Assembly: GCA_964187785.1 (NCBI GenBank)
Contig: OZ076415.1
Span: 60,698,001-60,762,000 of the forward strand
Length of the DNA stretch: 64,000 nt
Source of the DNA: Amphiscolops sp. MND2022
Taxonomy: Eukaryota
Reading direction: 5' to 3'
Shown here: positions 36,800-48,699 of the stretch, piece by piece
Layout: each line of letters starts with the position of its first letter
Numbering within the stretch: position 1 is the stretch's first letter
The notes under the pieces: generated by a model
The model's input: the letters and a program-made list of their open reading frames with translations, nothing else
What the model was told of the DNA's origin: nothing
Databases searched by the model: none
Program-made: the position numbers and the translations under genes

Positions 36800-38720
36800 G
36801 TTTACAATCATTCATGTTTCAAGTCATTCTGTGAATTTCTTGTAGTTTTTCCGAAAAATTCTGTTCTTGACCTCAGAGAAGTTGTTTCTACTGAAAATTA
36901 AATACTAGGGAAGTCATATATAAATTATTTGTTATTTGTTTAGGTATAGTTTTAGTTGTAGTTATAGTTAAGCTATTTTTGACCACAGAAAGTGACCTCT
37001 TGAAAAGGCCTAGATGACTAGCAAGTTTCAGTTAAGGTGAAGTTTTTCTTAAACTCAAGAAGTTGTTTTTCTCTGGACCTTAGAAAGATACAAAACACGT
37101 AGTGAATTTCGATTTAACTTTGAGTCTCAAGACATTACTCATGTTCATAGTTATTCTTATAATCTTTAACCTCAGGAAAGTAATCTTCTTTTGAAATAGA
37201 AAACGAAATAGAAGCGATATTCAATTCAAATATTGAGTCTTGATTGATTAGTTTCATGATTTGCTCGTGAAGGTTATAAACAAAGTCATTGACAACATAC
37301 CTTCGTTAGTTATAAATCATAAATTATTGAATTTCAACACTTTGTTTCACGATTGAATTGGAACGAAAGCTTTATTACACTAAAACCAATCAAAGGCATA
37401 GACTTTTGATTCATTTTTTCGAAGCATCTAACACATGCTTTAGGAAACGCTCAAGGAGTTCAAGTAATTAGGGCAAGCTTCATGGCATAGATGATTATTC
37501 CATATTCACTTTTTACACTCTCTACCAACTGGAAACATAGGCTCCAAAGAGCTTGTTCGTGTCCTTGTAAGTTGTCTCCATCCACATAATATTGGATTGG
37601 GGTTACTGTCGTTGATGAGTTCAATCTTGGGACAACAAAATCGAATTTTGCTTTAACAGGAGGGGCGGATGAGAAAAAACGTTTGAGTTGCTCTTGAATT
37701 GTCACTGTCCAAACGAAGGCTCCACTATTCGATTTTCTGGCAATTTCTTGAAAGTATCGGGAATAAAAACTGCAGGATCCATATAAAAAAATTATGTAGT
37801 ACCTGAAGCAACATATGTAAAAGACAAATTGCGACTTGGGTGAGATACTTGAAACAGTTTAAAAATCGAGTTTTTTACTTACTTGATATCTGAGTCAATA
37901 GTCGTTGCTTCTATAGTTTCTTTTACTTCCAAAAGTGTGGTCTTCCTTGTTAAACCACCATCGATATTTCCCTCCACCATTACCATCTCGTCTTGAACTA
38001 GGTATTGACCAAACAGTTTTGTGTTGTTGCTTGTAAACGTCATTTTGAAGCGTTTCGAAGATTTTGAAATAAAACCGGATTTTCCGAAGAAGAAGTAACA
38101 ATAAAGTGAATCTGATAGTTGGTTGGCTTTCTTGAAATGGTATAGGGGAAAAATTACAATGACTGGAATATTTGTTAGACAACACCTTTCTATTGGCCAT
38201 ATTTCAGTGTTAGTCTTTTCTTTCATTCAAGCACAACTTGTAATATTCTCTCAGATATCATCAATTTCTATAACCTTCAATAACAAACTGTGAATAATTT
38301 CTTTTGTTAGTATTCTTGGGTATTCATTTCAAATTTGAAACATTCCATCTTTGATTATTCATACAACAAAGTCCATAACTATTCTGACAGATTATTGCAA
38401 TTAGATCACTCAATTCTTTCAACTCGTCAGCAAAACCGTCATTATCGGAAACAAATACGCTGTATAAAGAGGGTTTATTGGTTGTCCTGTTGTTACATTT
38501 TCCACCATAGTCCATTTAAGTTTTGCACCTTAAACATGTTGAAATTTAATGAAATATTAGATTTTAAAAAAATCGTTCTTTCAAATTACCTGTTTTGTTT
38601 GGAAACAATTCAGAAACATCAATTAACCACCACTGGAATCCAAAAGTTACTCATAAATTGTTCGAGGCATTCTTTGAAATTGTCACTGTCTGTTCGTTGG
38701 TATATAATAAGATACCTGTA
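36800..38720 (-). pseudogene. Intron-containing cargo gene relic between right TIR and pPolB, product unidentified
   Basis: Exon-like open segments (38324-38515, 37879-38226, 37460-37740) with a clear donor ATCAA|GTAAGT at ~37881, ACAG|GTAATT at ~38590 and acceptors AAATTACAG and TTTTCAG; premature stops. Confidence 0.45.
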
Positions 38721-38970
38721 ATTTTGTTGTTAATGAAAAAGTATACATATCACTTCTTGTAATAACTAGATATAACAACCTGAAGTTTTCACTTGGCTTT
38801 TGAACATATATTGAAACAATCAACTCCTGGAGTGTAGCTTCCCGTATCATTTAATCACAACTCCATAAATCATAGTATTTGAAGTACGGAAATGTTTGCT
38901 AAAACTCATATTAAGGGAGTGCTAGGGTGGAAACAGTATTAATTGTTATACATTTTACAAAAGAATTCAG

Positions 38971-39261
38971 ATGCAATTCCATAACTTGAAGTGGTTTTCA
39001 CTATACTTGAAGAAAATCTTCACTATAATAGCTGTAGAGATTCATGAAAAGGATCTACTTTTATTAACTTTAACCGAAAGTGGTGGCGATGTCACGATTA
39101 CTCTCGAATTTATGTCCCCCGCGTGGATTGAGTTAACACTTTATTTTCACCATCACAAGAGTCTGAAGGCAGTCCCTCGAAGCGAAAAATTACGTTATCT
39201 TTTTATGCGGAAGCGACTTACAGATCTCTTTGAAACCCAGAAACCTCCTTTCATGGATTGA
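38971..39261 (+). CDS. Small hypothetical protein inside right end of the Maverick
   Basis: 96-aa ATG-started ORF; no motif recognised. Confidence 0.3.
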   Translation: MQFHNLKWFSLYLKKIFTIIAVEIHEKDLLLLTLTESGGDVTITLEFMSPAWIELTLYFHHHKSLKAVPRSEKLRYLFMRKRLTDLFETQKPPFMD

Positions 39262-39540
39262 GTGTTTCTCAAAATTATATTCCAAATTAACCTCAGAAAC
39301 GAATTTCTCGCCGTTAGTTAACATCTTGACTCAATTATTTAACCAAGCTCTTGAAGTCACTCGATAATAACTTCTTTGATATTGAAAATATTGAGAAGAC
39401 GCGGCGCACCCTCTTTATTGACACACAAGTCAAACCTTTACGATTTTTAAACAAGAACCACTTGAGAATTCGCCCCAGCGCAAGTGGTAAAAATAACAAA
39501 TGGCACTGTACACATAAAAGCCCACGACGCGAGTAATAAA

Positions 39541-39688
39541 GCCACACCCATTTAAACCAGTCTGAATTTCAAGGTTATATCCCCACACCAACAGTCCTAA
39601 TTTCACGGTAATCCCCCCCCGTATAAATTAGTTCACATTCACGAAAACGGAGCAAAAGTGACCCAGGGTTCCTACTTTTATGACTACT
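39541..39688 (-). repeat. Right terminal inverted repeat (148 bp)
   Basis: Reverse complement of 25801-25948 with 4 substitutions; followed by TSD GTTGTG. Confidence 0.95.
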
Positions 39689-42579
39689 GTTGTGGTCATT
39701 GAATTTGTTCGTTTTCTAATTTTTTGGTTCTAATTCGATAACTTAAGTGATATGAATAGGCAAATTTAAGAACCGAGTGAATTGTTTTCTTGCAGGGTTT
39801 CTTGTAACCTCTTCTTTCTCAAAAGTCTAACTGATTGACTATTAGAATGTTTCGCTCAAGTCCTGGTGAAGAGCTTACCCTTCAAACTCTGGATATATGG
39901 AATTAATTGTATATTGCCTTCAATGGTAGTACAGCCACCAAGTTTTACAGGATTAAAACGTACATACCTTATTCAGCTAGCCTTCCATAAATTGTAGTTA
40001 CCTGATTAATCCATTTAAATTTGTTCAACCAATGATAAACGATTGAATCATTTTGAGTTTTGTGCAGTAAATTTTCCCTTAAAGAAGGGAATTGCTATTC
40101 TCCTTTGAAAAACAAGAAAGTTTATTGAACCCATTTTCTCGAAGTTGAATTTTCCAAAATCGTCTCCCACATCCGCGCGCTAGTTTGAAAATCGATCCGA
40201 ACAGCCAATTTCGAGAAAACCGACACTTTTGTTGAATTTAGACTTTTTTGAAAATTGTAAATTGAGTTAATTATGTCTTCATTGGAGGTTGCCATAGTCC
40301 AACGGACATTACCAATCGATTCTGCATCTTCTGCATTACCAAAAGGTGATATTTTTATGGTTCCGTCTTTTTATGTCTTTAAAAAAGGCAAGAAGCGTAT
40401 GTTAGAAATGACCATTTTCTTGTACACTACGCGGTTTTTTGAAACTTACTCGTCTGGTCAAAACATGTAAGCCTTTTCAGATTTGTGTTTCATTTGGATC
40501 TTTTGAAAGCTGAATAGTTTGTTTGAAACTCTTGTCTAGAAGTTGTAACGTTCCAAATACGGTGTTAGGTGATTTTTTGTTAGTTATTTGAATGTCTCAA
40601 GTTCCGGTCTTTTGATGAGTTTCTTTTCTAATGAATGCACTTTCTCCACTATTGGTGTCAATGATGGTTGATACGTATCGTTGCGCGTGCCGTCTGGCGT
40701 TTTGGATTTCTTCTCACCCGAATCGGTACTTGCTTCATCTGGAGGTTGTGGTGATAGCAATTCTGGTTTTTCCCAGACTCCAAAAACCTTCCATTCAGTC
40801 CATCACTCTCCCGACTCATTTGAATAGGAGTGATGGGAATAATTGAGCATTAGCGTTCGCACATCATGTCTTCGATGATGATTGGTAGCATTGGAATATG
40901 AGAATGATGAACTTCTCCGACTTCCCAATCCTCATGTAAATCACTCCAATCAAAGACACAGTCCAGCTTCCGTTTCTTCTGCAGAACGTTACTTGCTCGT
41001 AACGATAGTTTGGCACTTTTGTTGATTACAACGTTGGGTAGCAAAATTTCTTTTTGGCTTCTCACTTCAACGCTGTATTTGTGTGTCAATTTTCATCTTG
41101 GTTTCTTCCCTCTGCTGCTCAATGGTGCAAAATTGCTGCTCATTTTTGAAATTGTGTCTCGTAAAACGTAAGTCTCTGAGACGTGAAAAGTGTCAAAACT
41201 GTAGCCATTGCTGCGAAGCTTGCTCAATTTCAGTGAAAGTTTCCATTAAACTGAATCAAGTTTTCTGTTTCTGTCGTTTGTTGAAGAATTGCTAGGTCAC
41301 AAAGCGGAACCGTCTTTGATGACACTTGTAAACCAAGTGCTCATTTATTAGGTAATATAAATTGTTTTTTTTTAATAGAAGAACTTTTACTACAAAGAAC
41401 CAACTCAGGTGCTGCTTTGTCAGTTTTTTACAGAATTGCATGATTTTCAATATAAAAAACATTTACCATAGAGACAATTCCGCAAACAGTGTGGTAAAAC
41501 AATCAGGTAGACTAATCAAACGATACTTCCCAAGAAGCACTAAATTTCACCCGGGCAATATCAAGTGCCTTCTCATTTCAAGATTTTGTTTTTCGCGTTC
41601 AAAATGTCCTTTTCTAGTGACTTCGCTGTGACAAAAAATGGGAAGTTTTGCGATTTTCATTACAACATTTTCCACTCTTCAACCATACTTGTTCAAGCTA
41701 GAAAAAAAACCTATGAAAGAGTGAACCTACACTTTTCTGAAGTTAGTCAGAAAAAAGCCTGACGACGAATTTATACTTGCACAGAAAATCAACTCGACGG
41801 AGAAGAGTTTGAAAAGTTGCTTTTGGGGGGAAACTCAATTTCACAACCACCAGGTAACTCGACAAAGGGAGCAAGCAAAGTTGAGAAGGTGAAGAAATCT
41901 TCAGCAATCTCTATCAAATCAGGAGAGGAATTTAACGACGAAAATAAGGAGATCATTGACACCATAAAACATGATGGAGGCCATGTTTGAGAGGTCTTCT
42001 GATTAATTCAAACTATTCAGAAAGAGTTTTTGATTTTTCATATTCAACAGAAAACATAAAACTGGAGTTGATTATTTTGTAAAATGTGATTTTTCGATTA
42101 GTTTACTTTCACCCGCGCATGAAGGATTATGTAACATTCAAGCAGACAATAACTATCACGTTCTTGCTCAAAGTTTTGAAGAGAACCAGACAAAGGTTCA
42201 ACCTAACAGTTGTTTGATACCGTGCATTCATACTACTTACCTTCTAATGAGAAGTGTATGGTGACGTTTTCGGGCAATTGGATCAAGCAATTCAACAGAA
42301 TGAAGATTTTTTTACTTCGAGCAGGAAACCCCAAACAGTTTTTGCCTTCTGTTTATTTGCCAGTGTAGAAATTTCACAAGACAGTACAAGTCAATTCAGG
42401 ACTGAGTCAAACAAGAATGCGTTTGGAAAGTAGTATGTTCGGTCCCAATGGTGGACATCTTCTCTTCATCGCAGGTTTTTCTCAAACTAGTCAAATAACG
42501 TTTCCTTCGAATGAAAATAATTGAAAACCTAAAATTGAATAATTACTAGTCCTTTTACAAAGAACAGGAAGTCAGTTTA

Positions 42580-42975
42580 AGTATTTGAGGAAGTTTTTGT
42601 ATGATGAATACTAAACAAAATGTCAGCAATATAAACACAAAATATACAACGAGTTTGACTTTCGACTTTGTAAGGGCTTGCGAGAATCATCTTTCAAAGC
42701 GCGTAGAAATGTCAATGTTGGCGGCAAAAGTCTCTTGGCAATATTTGAGTATAGAGACAACAAGTCCAAGCCGAGGGGGTCTACAAATTTGTATTCACCT
42801 TTCACATTGCTCCACGTGACCCAGTGTCTACCAATGCAAGTTGAACTTTGCGAGTTAACCACAATAGACGTATTGGAAAATCCTTTGCTGGATAAAAACC
42901 TTCAAATCTAATTTTGAGACGCAAAGAGTTTTGAATTTGCTGAAAGAGGTGAATTTCACCCAATTTTATGTCGTC
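42580..42975 (-). pseudogene. Adenain-like cysteine protease of a Polinton/adintovirus
   Basis: RFEGFYPAKDFP..VNSQSSTCIGRHWV..KFVDPLG..PLQSRKSNS..IFCVY (His, Asp, Gln conserved; frameshift at the catalytic Cys region). Confidence 0.85.
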
Positions 42976-42979
42976 AGAT

Positions 42980-43716
42980 TCAGAATAACGTTTTTGGATT
43001 TCTCTCGATTTTAACAATATACACAATTGAACCTCTTTCTCCCACGAGAAAAACCTCAGTGTTCTCAGTAAAGGCCACTAGAATTTTTGGTTCAAAAGAA
43101 ATGGCAACATTGGTGGTGAGTCTCTTCAACAACAATCAGAAAATGAACACTGTAATCACTGAAAGGAATTCCATGTCCATGATAACCAAAGTCAAGAGCA
43201 TCAATTGTTGATAAGTACACACGTTCCTCATCATCTGTCGGCAATGGTGTTCTTGCTATAGGACATCAACTCCGATACACAAATCTCGTTCAAATTATGT
43301 TTCTGATAATGGAAAAGATTTAAATGTTTCGATCCGATAAACGCTTGATTCCAAATTAAAGCAAATGCAAAGCGTCAGAAGGGTTCTTTGCTAAATACAT
43401 CTTCTTTGTTTCGATTTCGGATACTTGTGGAAATGAGAAAAGTTAGCTTCGAAACACCAAATTGCCAGTACAGTGCAGGTGTTTCTGTCAGAGGTTTTTC
43501 TACGATAGTACTTACTTGATCAGATACAGTCCTTTTGCGATTAAAAAATTTGGTTTGAGTTAATTCAGTTGTGTACTTTTTTGCAGCATCGTCGTAAGTC
43601 ACACAAACTCGGACTTGTATCTCGCAAAGGAAATGCGCAAAGTAACTCGACTGAGCAAACATTTGTCTCATGAGAGAACATCTGATGCAATTTTACCGAA
43701 ATAGGTCAACTCTTCT
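42980..43716 (-). pseudogene. Polinton major capsid protein, C-terminal two-thirds
   Basis: YFGKIASDVLS..LLSRVTLRI; DVFSKEP..FAFALIWNQAFIGSKHLNLFHYQKHNL; TPLPTDDEERVYLSTIDALDFGYHGHGIPFSDYSVHFL; ENTEVFLVGERGSIVYI, resembling the Polinton double-jelly-roll MCP; stops and frameshifts. Confidence 0.75.
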
Positions 43717-43882
43717 TTACTTGCGTTTTCTTTTGGTTTTTTCGACCGTTTTTTTGTGCAAGTTTTTTTGTGCAAGCTACGCTACCAATTCCTATTGCTA
43801 ATGCTCCAATGCTACAGCCTCGCTGTCTAATATAACTTTTAAAATGTGGTAACTACTCTTGTCTTACATATTACTCATCCAT
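43705..43882 (-). pseudogene. Small basic Polinton core-like protein (QRGxG motif family)
   Basis: MDE*YVRQE*LPHFKSYIRQRGCSIGALAIGIGSVA followed by a Lys/Arg-rich tail; lies between minor and major capsid genes. Confidence 0.55.
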
Positions 43883-43883
43883 C

Positions 43884-44653
43884 ATGCAACGTTTTTGGAA
43901 CTACTTTCCCTTCTCAACAAATGAAACAAGATTTCAGATTTTAGTTGAAAACAAATTGTTTCATTGCTTTGAACCAACAGTTTTCTGTACAACATATTTA
44001 AAAATGATCTTGTCTGAAGCGTTGCAAAGTCAAGACCTTTCCAAACTCTATGCGTTTCCCACTATCTACTAGTGGTAGTTCAGGAGTTTTCACATCTCCA
44101 GTATTCTGGTTATCAACCAGGTGTGTGTAAACAGAAACAACGTCATTCCGGAAAATATTCCATGAGGATGCCATTAGCCAGTAAATCATAACCAGTAAGT
44201 TTGGTATGTTTCTGGTCAGAAACGTCAAATCAGCAATTGCATCAACTTTGATTTCATCTTTGCCATCTCGTCTTTGTATTTTACTATCCTCAAGCGGCAT
44301 TGAAAGACGCTTAGGTATTCCAAAAAGTGACGTTTGAATACTGTCATACTCTATGTCTTTTAGAGGCTATTTTTGATAGTAAAGTACAATTTTTTTCCTG
44401 GTCTTTCTCAGTCTTACTTTCTTCTTCAGAGCTCTCACTGACGTCATTTTTGTTTGCTTTTCATGAACATAATAGAAAAATTTGAGTAAATATTTTTTGA
44501 GATGGGAAAATAAATTCCTTCCGATAGCGCCACACTCCAATCACTTACCAAGGAAATATTTCGAGGTAGCTAGTTTTTTAATGGTGCTTGTGTATTGTCC
44601 TCAAAAATACCCATCGAGTCAGTGGATAATAAATGTGTTTCAAATTCGTCCAG
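43884..44653 (-). pseudogene. Polinton minor capsid protein (penton)
   Basis: N-terminus EFETHLLSTDSMGIFEDNT..LPRNISLVSDWSVALSE; C-terminus VSVYTHLVDNQNTGDVKTP..DSGKRI; frameshifted. Confidence 0.75.
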
Positions 44654-44654
44654 T

Positions 44655-45480
44655 TTTCCGAACCAAAACCACTTTTTGTTGGTAATCTTTCCCCAGTAGT
44701 TTTTTCCGTGAGAGTCGTGTAGGTTGTACGAAGGAGAATAGAGGGTAGCAATTTGTAGCATTTATCGATTTGAAGAACTTCGTCTTTGTAATTTGGCTTG
44801 TAGCCTTTTGTTAAGAAAACTGGATGACAAGAGCAGTGTGCTTCTTTCCGAACTTTTTTGCTGCCAAACCAGTCACTGTTGACACGTGAAATATAAACAA
44901 ACCAAAATCATTAAGATTGTTGGTAGAATATTAGGTACACTTTTCTTCCAAGCGCTTGTGAAGGATGTTTTTTAGCAAACGAATGTTGCGCTCAGCAAAA
45001 GCAGACTTTGTTGCATGGTGAGTTTTGTAGTTTTCAACTCCTTTAGTTTCATAAAACTGCTTGAACTGCCCATTGAATTTTGTCGTTGTCGGACCAAATT
45101 TTTTCGGGTATATCTTTGGAAATCAATCGTTTAAATGCCCAAATTGTGTCGGAGGGCGTTTTCGTTTTCTATGGTTGAACTCGTAAAAATCAGGAGCGGA
45201 CATCTACTGTAACTGGTAATTATTTACTCCATTATTGATTTTGGCTATTTTATCCAGGCAGGCAATATCTTTTGACCAAACTTCTTTGATTCCGTGGGCT
45301 TGAATTTTGAGTCGAGAAAGTTCTTTTCTAGGCGTCTGGTATTTCGTATGGGCATCCATTTGGGTCAAAAAACTTTCCACCGTCGTTGATGACAATCTGC
45401 GTGCGGTACACAGCCATATGCAGCTGCACCTTGTGTGTAAAGGTTTTCCAATGTGTTTTTTTCATCTCTCGAGATTAGTG
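44655..45480 (-). pseudogene. Polinton retroviral-like (c-int) integrase
   Basis: LENLYTQGAAAYG..VESFL..AHTKY..EVWSKDIACLDKIAKINNGV..KSAFAERNIRLLKNIL..KGYKPNYKDE..SPSYNLHD; many frameshifts. Confidence 0.88.
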
Positions 45481-45488
45481 CACTCTTC

Positions 45489-46046
45489 CTAAGCTTTGCT
45501 TTTAGCACCTTCTTTAGATTCTGTGTTGTGGGATTCTGATTCAATTTCAGGGGGACTTCTTTTCTTTCTTGTCGTCACTGTACTAGGTTTCAAAAAACTT
45601 TTGGCTATTTTATTGGGTATCAAGTCAATGTTCAATTTCAAATTCTTCAGGGAAACTGAAAAAGAAAGATCAGTCAAGTTTTTATCAGTTGTTGTAGGTT
45701 GTTGAGAAATGTTGAGAGAGGACTTTTTGTGGGGTTTTTGGTTGACTATTGTTTCACCAAAGTCGTTAGAATCAACAGGATCGAAAGCTTCAATGGAGCT
45801 CCAAATCTTTCTACTTTTTTGTTTTTGGGCCGCTGTAAGCATATCTAATTTTTTCAAAACTGCTTCTTCGGAAATTGTCTCTCGCGGTTGTATCGTTACA
45901 GTGTCTGGAAAGGTTTTGTCTTTTTTGAATAAAGTCAGTGGTTTGGCTTTTTGCTCCACTTCTGGATCTCTCAAAACTTGTAAAGTTGAATAGGTGTTTT
46001 TGAGTGGAGAATTTTTTGGGTACAAAATGAACTCCTGGGTGTTCAA
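45489..46046 (-). CDS. Uncharacterised ORF (185 aa) between ATPase and integrase of the decayed Polinton
   Basis: Co-oriented ORF MNTQEFILYPK...; assigned by position only. Confidence 0.5.
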   Translation of the reverse strand: MNTQEFILYPKNSPLKNTYSTLQVLRDPEVEQKAKPLTLFKKDKTFPDTVTIQPRETISEEAVLKKLDMLTAAQKQKSRKIWSSIEAFDPVDSNDFGETIVNQKPHKKSSLNISQQPTTTDKNLTDLSFSVSLKNLKLNIDLIPNKIAKSFLKPSTVTTRKKRSPPEIESESHNTESKEGAKSKA

Positions 46047-46384
46047 TACAAAAACCTTTTGGTAGATACAAGAAACAAGGACGAGAACTCAAAATCAACA
46101 GGTTGAGACTTTTCTAGGACATCTGAATTTTTCTACGCGTCTAGTTGGATGTCAATTTTTTACAGACTTGTTTGAGTTGTGGCTTGCAAAACATAGGCTC
46201 ACCCAAATTGACTGGTACTGTACCGTTTACAATATTGATTGCGTATTCACAACAAAATTTTTGAAAATCTATGTCATAGTGCTCTTAAAAATATTGTTGC
46301 CTAATTGAAGTGAATTGATTCAAAAACATGAGTATGTGCAAACCTTTCGTTCTCTTTGTCAATCTCTGTAACTTAAGCTTATGA

Positions 46385-46975
46385 TTAAGGCACGTAAAAC
46401 ACGGTTAGTTCTGAGCCGACGATGTTCGAAGAAACTCTCAGACGACCACTTGTTTTTGGATCCAGAATAAATAGTAAAATATTATAAGGCTGTGCAATAG
46501 CTTTTGTACAACAATCTTTCAAGAAACAACTTTTTCTATGTGTCTTCCAAAGTATTCAATAAGTTGAACGTCTTAAGGATGCTTGAAAACAAAAAAGTGC
46601 GTGGTGTTTAGGTCAATTGTTCGTGACCCCTTGCTCTGATGAAAAAGATTGTGTTTGATAAAATGCAGTGAATACCTTCATGAAGAACAGAGACTGCAAT
46701 TTCGACAACAATTTCTTGTTCGTAAATTTCTCACAGGAACAATCAAAACTTCGCAAACAGCCCCGAAGGGACTTCATCAGCTCAAACTTGGGACATTTGA
46801 CAATTCCTTGAAAAAAACTGCAAGTCTCTGTAAACGTAATAGGTTTTGTTGAACCTTGGATAGAAAGTTTTGGATGTCAGCATTGAGAAAATTAATCGCA
46901 ATTTTCCCGAACCAGACGGACCAACTACAGACATGAAAACTCTGTCAGTTGTAAAAGTTATCTTGTTCTTGTCAT
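46385..46975 (-). pseudogene. A32/FtsK-like genome-packaging ATPase of a Polinton
   Basis: RVFMSVVGPSGSGK (Walker A); later FIKHNLFHQSKGSRTIDLNTTHFFVFK..LDPKTS..LRVSSNIVG; frameshifted. Confidence 0.88.
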
Positions 46976-48699
46976 GTACTTGTTGGACCAGGTATGAAAT
47001 ATCCAACTGCACCACCCACAAATTAAGTCCAGAATGGCACAACCTCGCAGGGTACTTCATAGAAAAATAGTTTTAACAAGCAAACTGATTTGAGAAGGAA
47101 TACTGAAGCGTGTGAAAAAAAGAGGTCTTTTAAAGAGGAAATTACACATCAATCAAACTAGCTTGCTAATTACAAAGGATAATAAAACCTTTCGTACTGC
47201 TCAGATGTACAACGAAAGTAGATGAAACTGGGTTTCTTGTACACAATTGGTTTTTTCCGTTTGACAATGTTGATGAATTTTGTTAAATTCAAGCAAGAAT
47301 TCCTGTCGTTTCGTTAAGAGGAGGACAATTAATTTACAAAAGGAAGCAAACAAGCACAAGTTAAGATCGTTTTTTATTACTGTTAGAAGCAATTTAATTC
47401 TTTGGAGGTGTGTAAAAGAGTGAAGGAGTTCCATTCCAAATCGTCACTCTGCATGCCGATTTGGAAGCATGTGCGTCCTTTACCAAATCCACAAAAGTAC
47501 CAAGTTCTAAGGACTTTGTTTATCCCCCAATTTTTTTCAAACATTATCTGGAATATTAGAATTTTCTGTAAGAAATTTCACTTGATCGAGGGGTGTTTGA
47601 ATTGGGTGTTTTTGAGATGTGAATACTTCCTGTTCATCTTTGAAAGTTTTGTCTCACGCGTCGCTGATTCAGCTGACATACTTTGTCCAAAATTCTTGCG
47701 TCCACAACACCAAGAGTTGATATCAGTAGGTATAATTCTAATAGAAATATTTGTATCACAACTCTTCTTGTAATCCTGTGATCACCAACTGCAATGTACT
47801 TGTCTTTGGTTAGAGTAATACAGTAACTGTTGTTTGAAGTGACAACCAGACCATGAATTGAGAAGTCAACTATAGGCACATTGGTTGGTCTCTGTATCAA
47901 CTTCACCGATTTTTCTATCAACAGTCCGAGTCCTGGAACCAATGTATCTGCTCGGAAAATTTCAACCTTAAAGTGTTTCTGAGAGGAGGAAGTGTAGCTT
48001 GGCAGTATTTTTCAAATTTGGTTCCCGTGTCCAAACAGTCACACTCGTCACAAAATATCAAGCACTGTTTGTGCGTCAGGAACACTTACAAGCAGTCTAT
48101 AAAGTTGACAATACTTGTATAAACACCCATAACTGATTTTCGGTTAATTTTTTACCTTTTAGTAATTGTTTTGAAGTAAGGTTCAAAACTGAATTTCTCT
48201 TGAACATAGCTGATCACATAGTTTCGATGAATTTCAAATTGTTAGTTTTCTCAAATGGTAATCTGTAGAATACTTGTTGTACTTTGATCCCATCTATCTC
48301 TTTTGACTTCATTCTTCCTTTCCAGTCTGAACCATTCGTCAAGAACAGCCAACAATTCAGTTTGGTGTAAAACGTTCAAATGAATGATGAATCGAACAAC
48401 TTGCACATTAAGTTTTTTGCCGCCAAATGCGAAGGACAGGTTTTCCTCGAGAGGTGATACATTTCGAAAGGTAGTTTTCTTCACTACTAACGATACAAAA
48501 GCCGAGAAAAAACTTATGCTGAAGGCAAAAAAACAGAATCTAAAAGGTGAACTGGAGAGGCAATTAACGCCTACTTCGAGTCTTTTTGCCAGTTGTTCAC
48601 TGAAGCGAAGAGAGTCTTAAATTTTGCACACCGCTCCCGCGCCAATCAGTCAAAAAACTGGCGCTCTCATAGCCTCTTCTGCAGCTCGTAGGTCAGGAA

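Larger units (their letters stand above)
25801..39688. mobile_element. Maverick/Polinton-type element, 13,888 bp, with TIRs and 6-bp TSD
   Basis: 148-bp inverted repeats (25801-25948 and 39541-39688, 4 mismatches) starting AGTAGT and ending ACTACT, flanked by GTTGTG at 25795-25800 and 39689-39694; contains pPolB. Confidence 0.95.
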
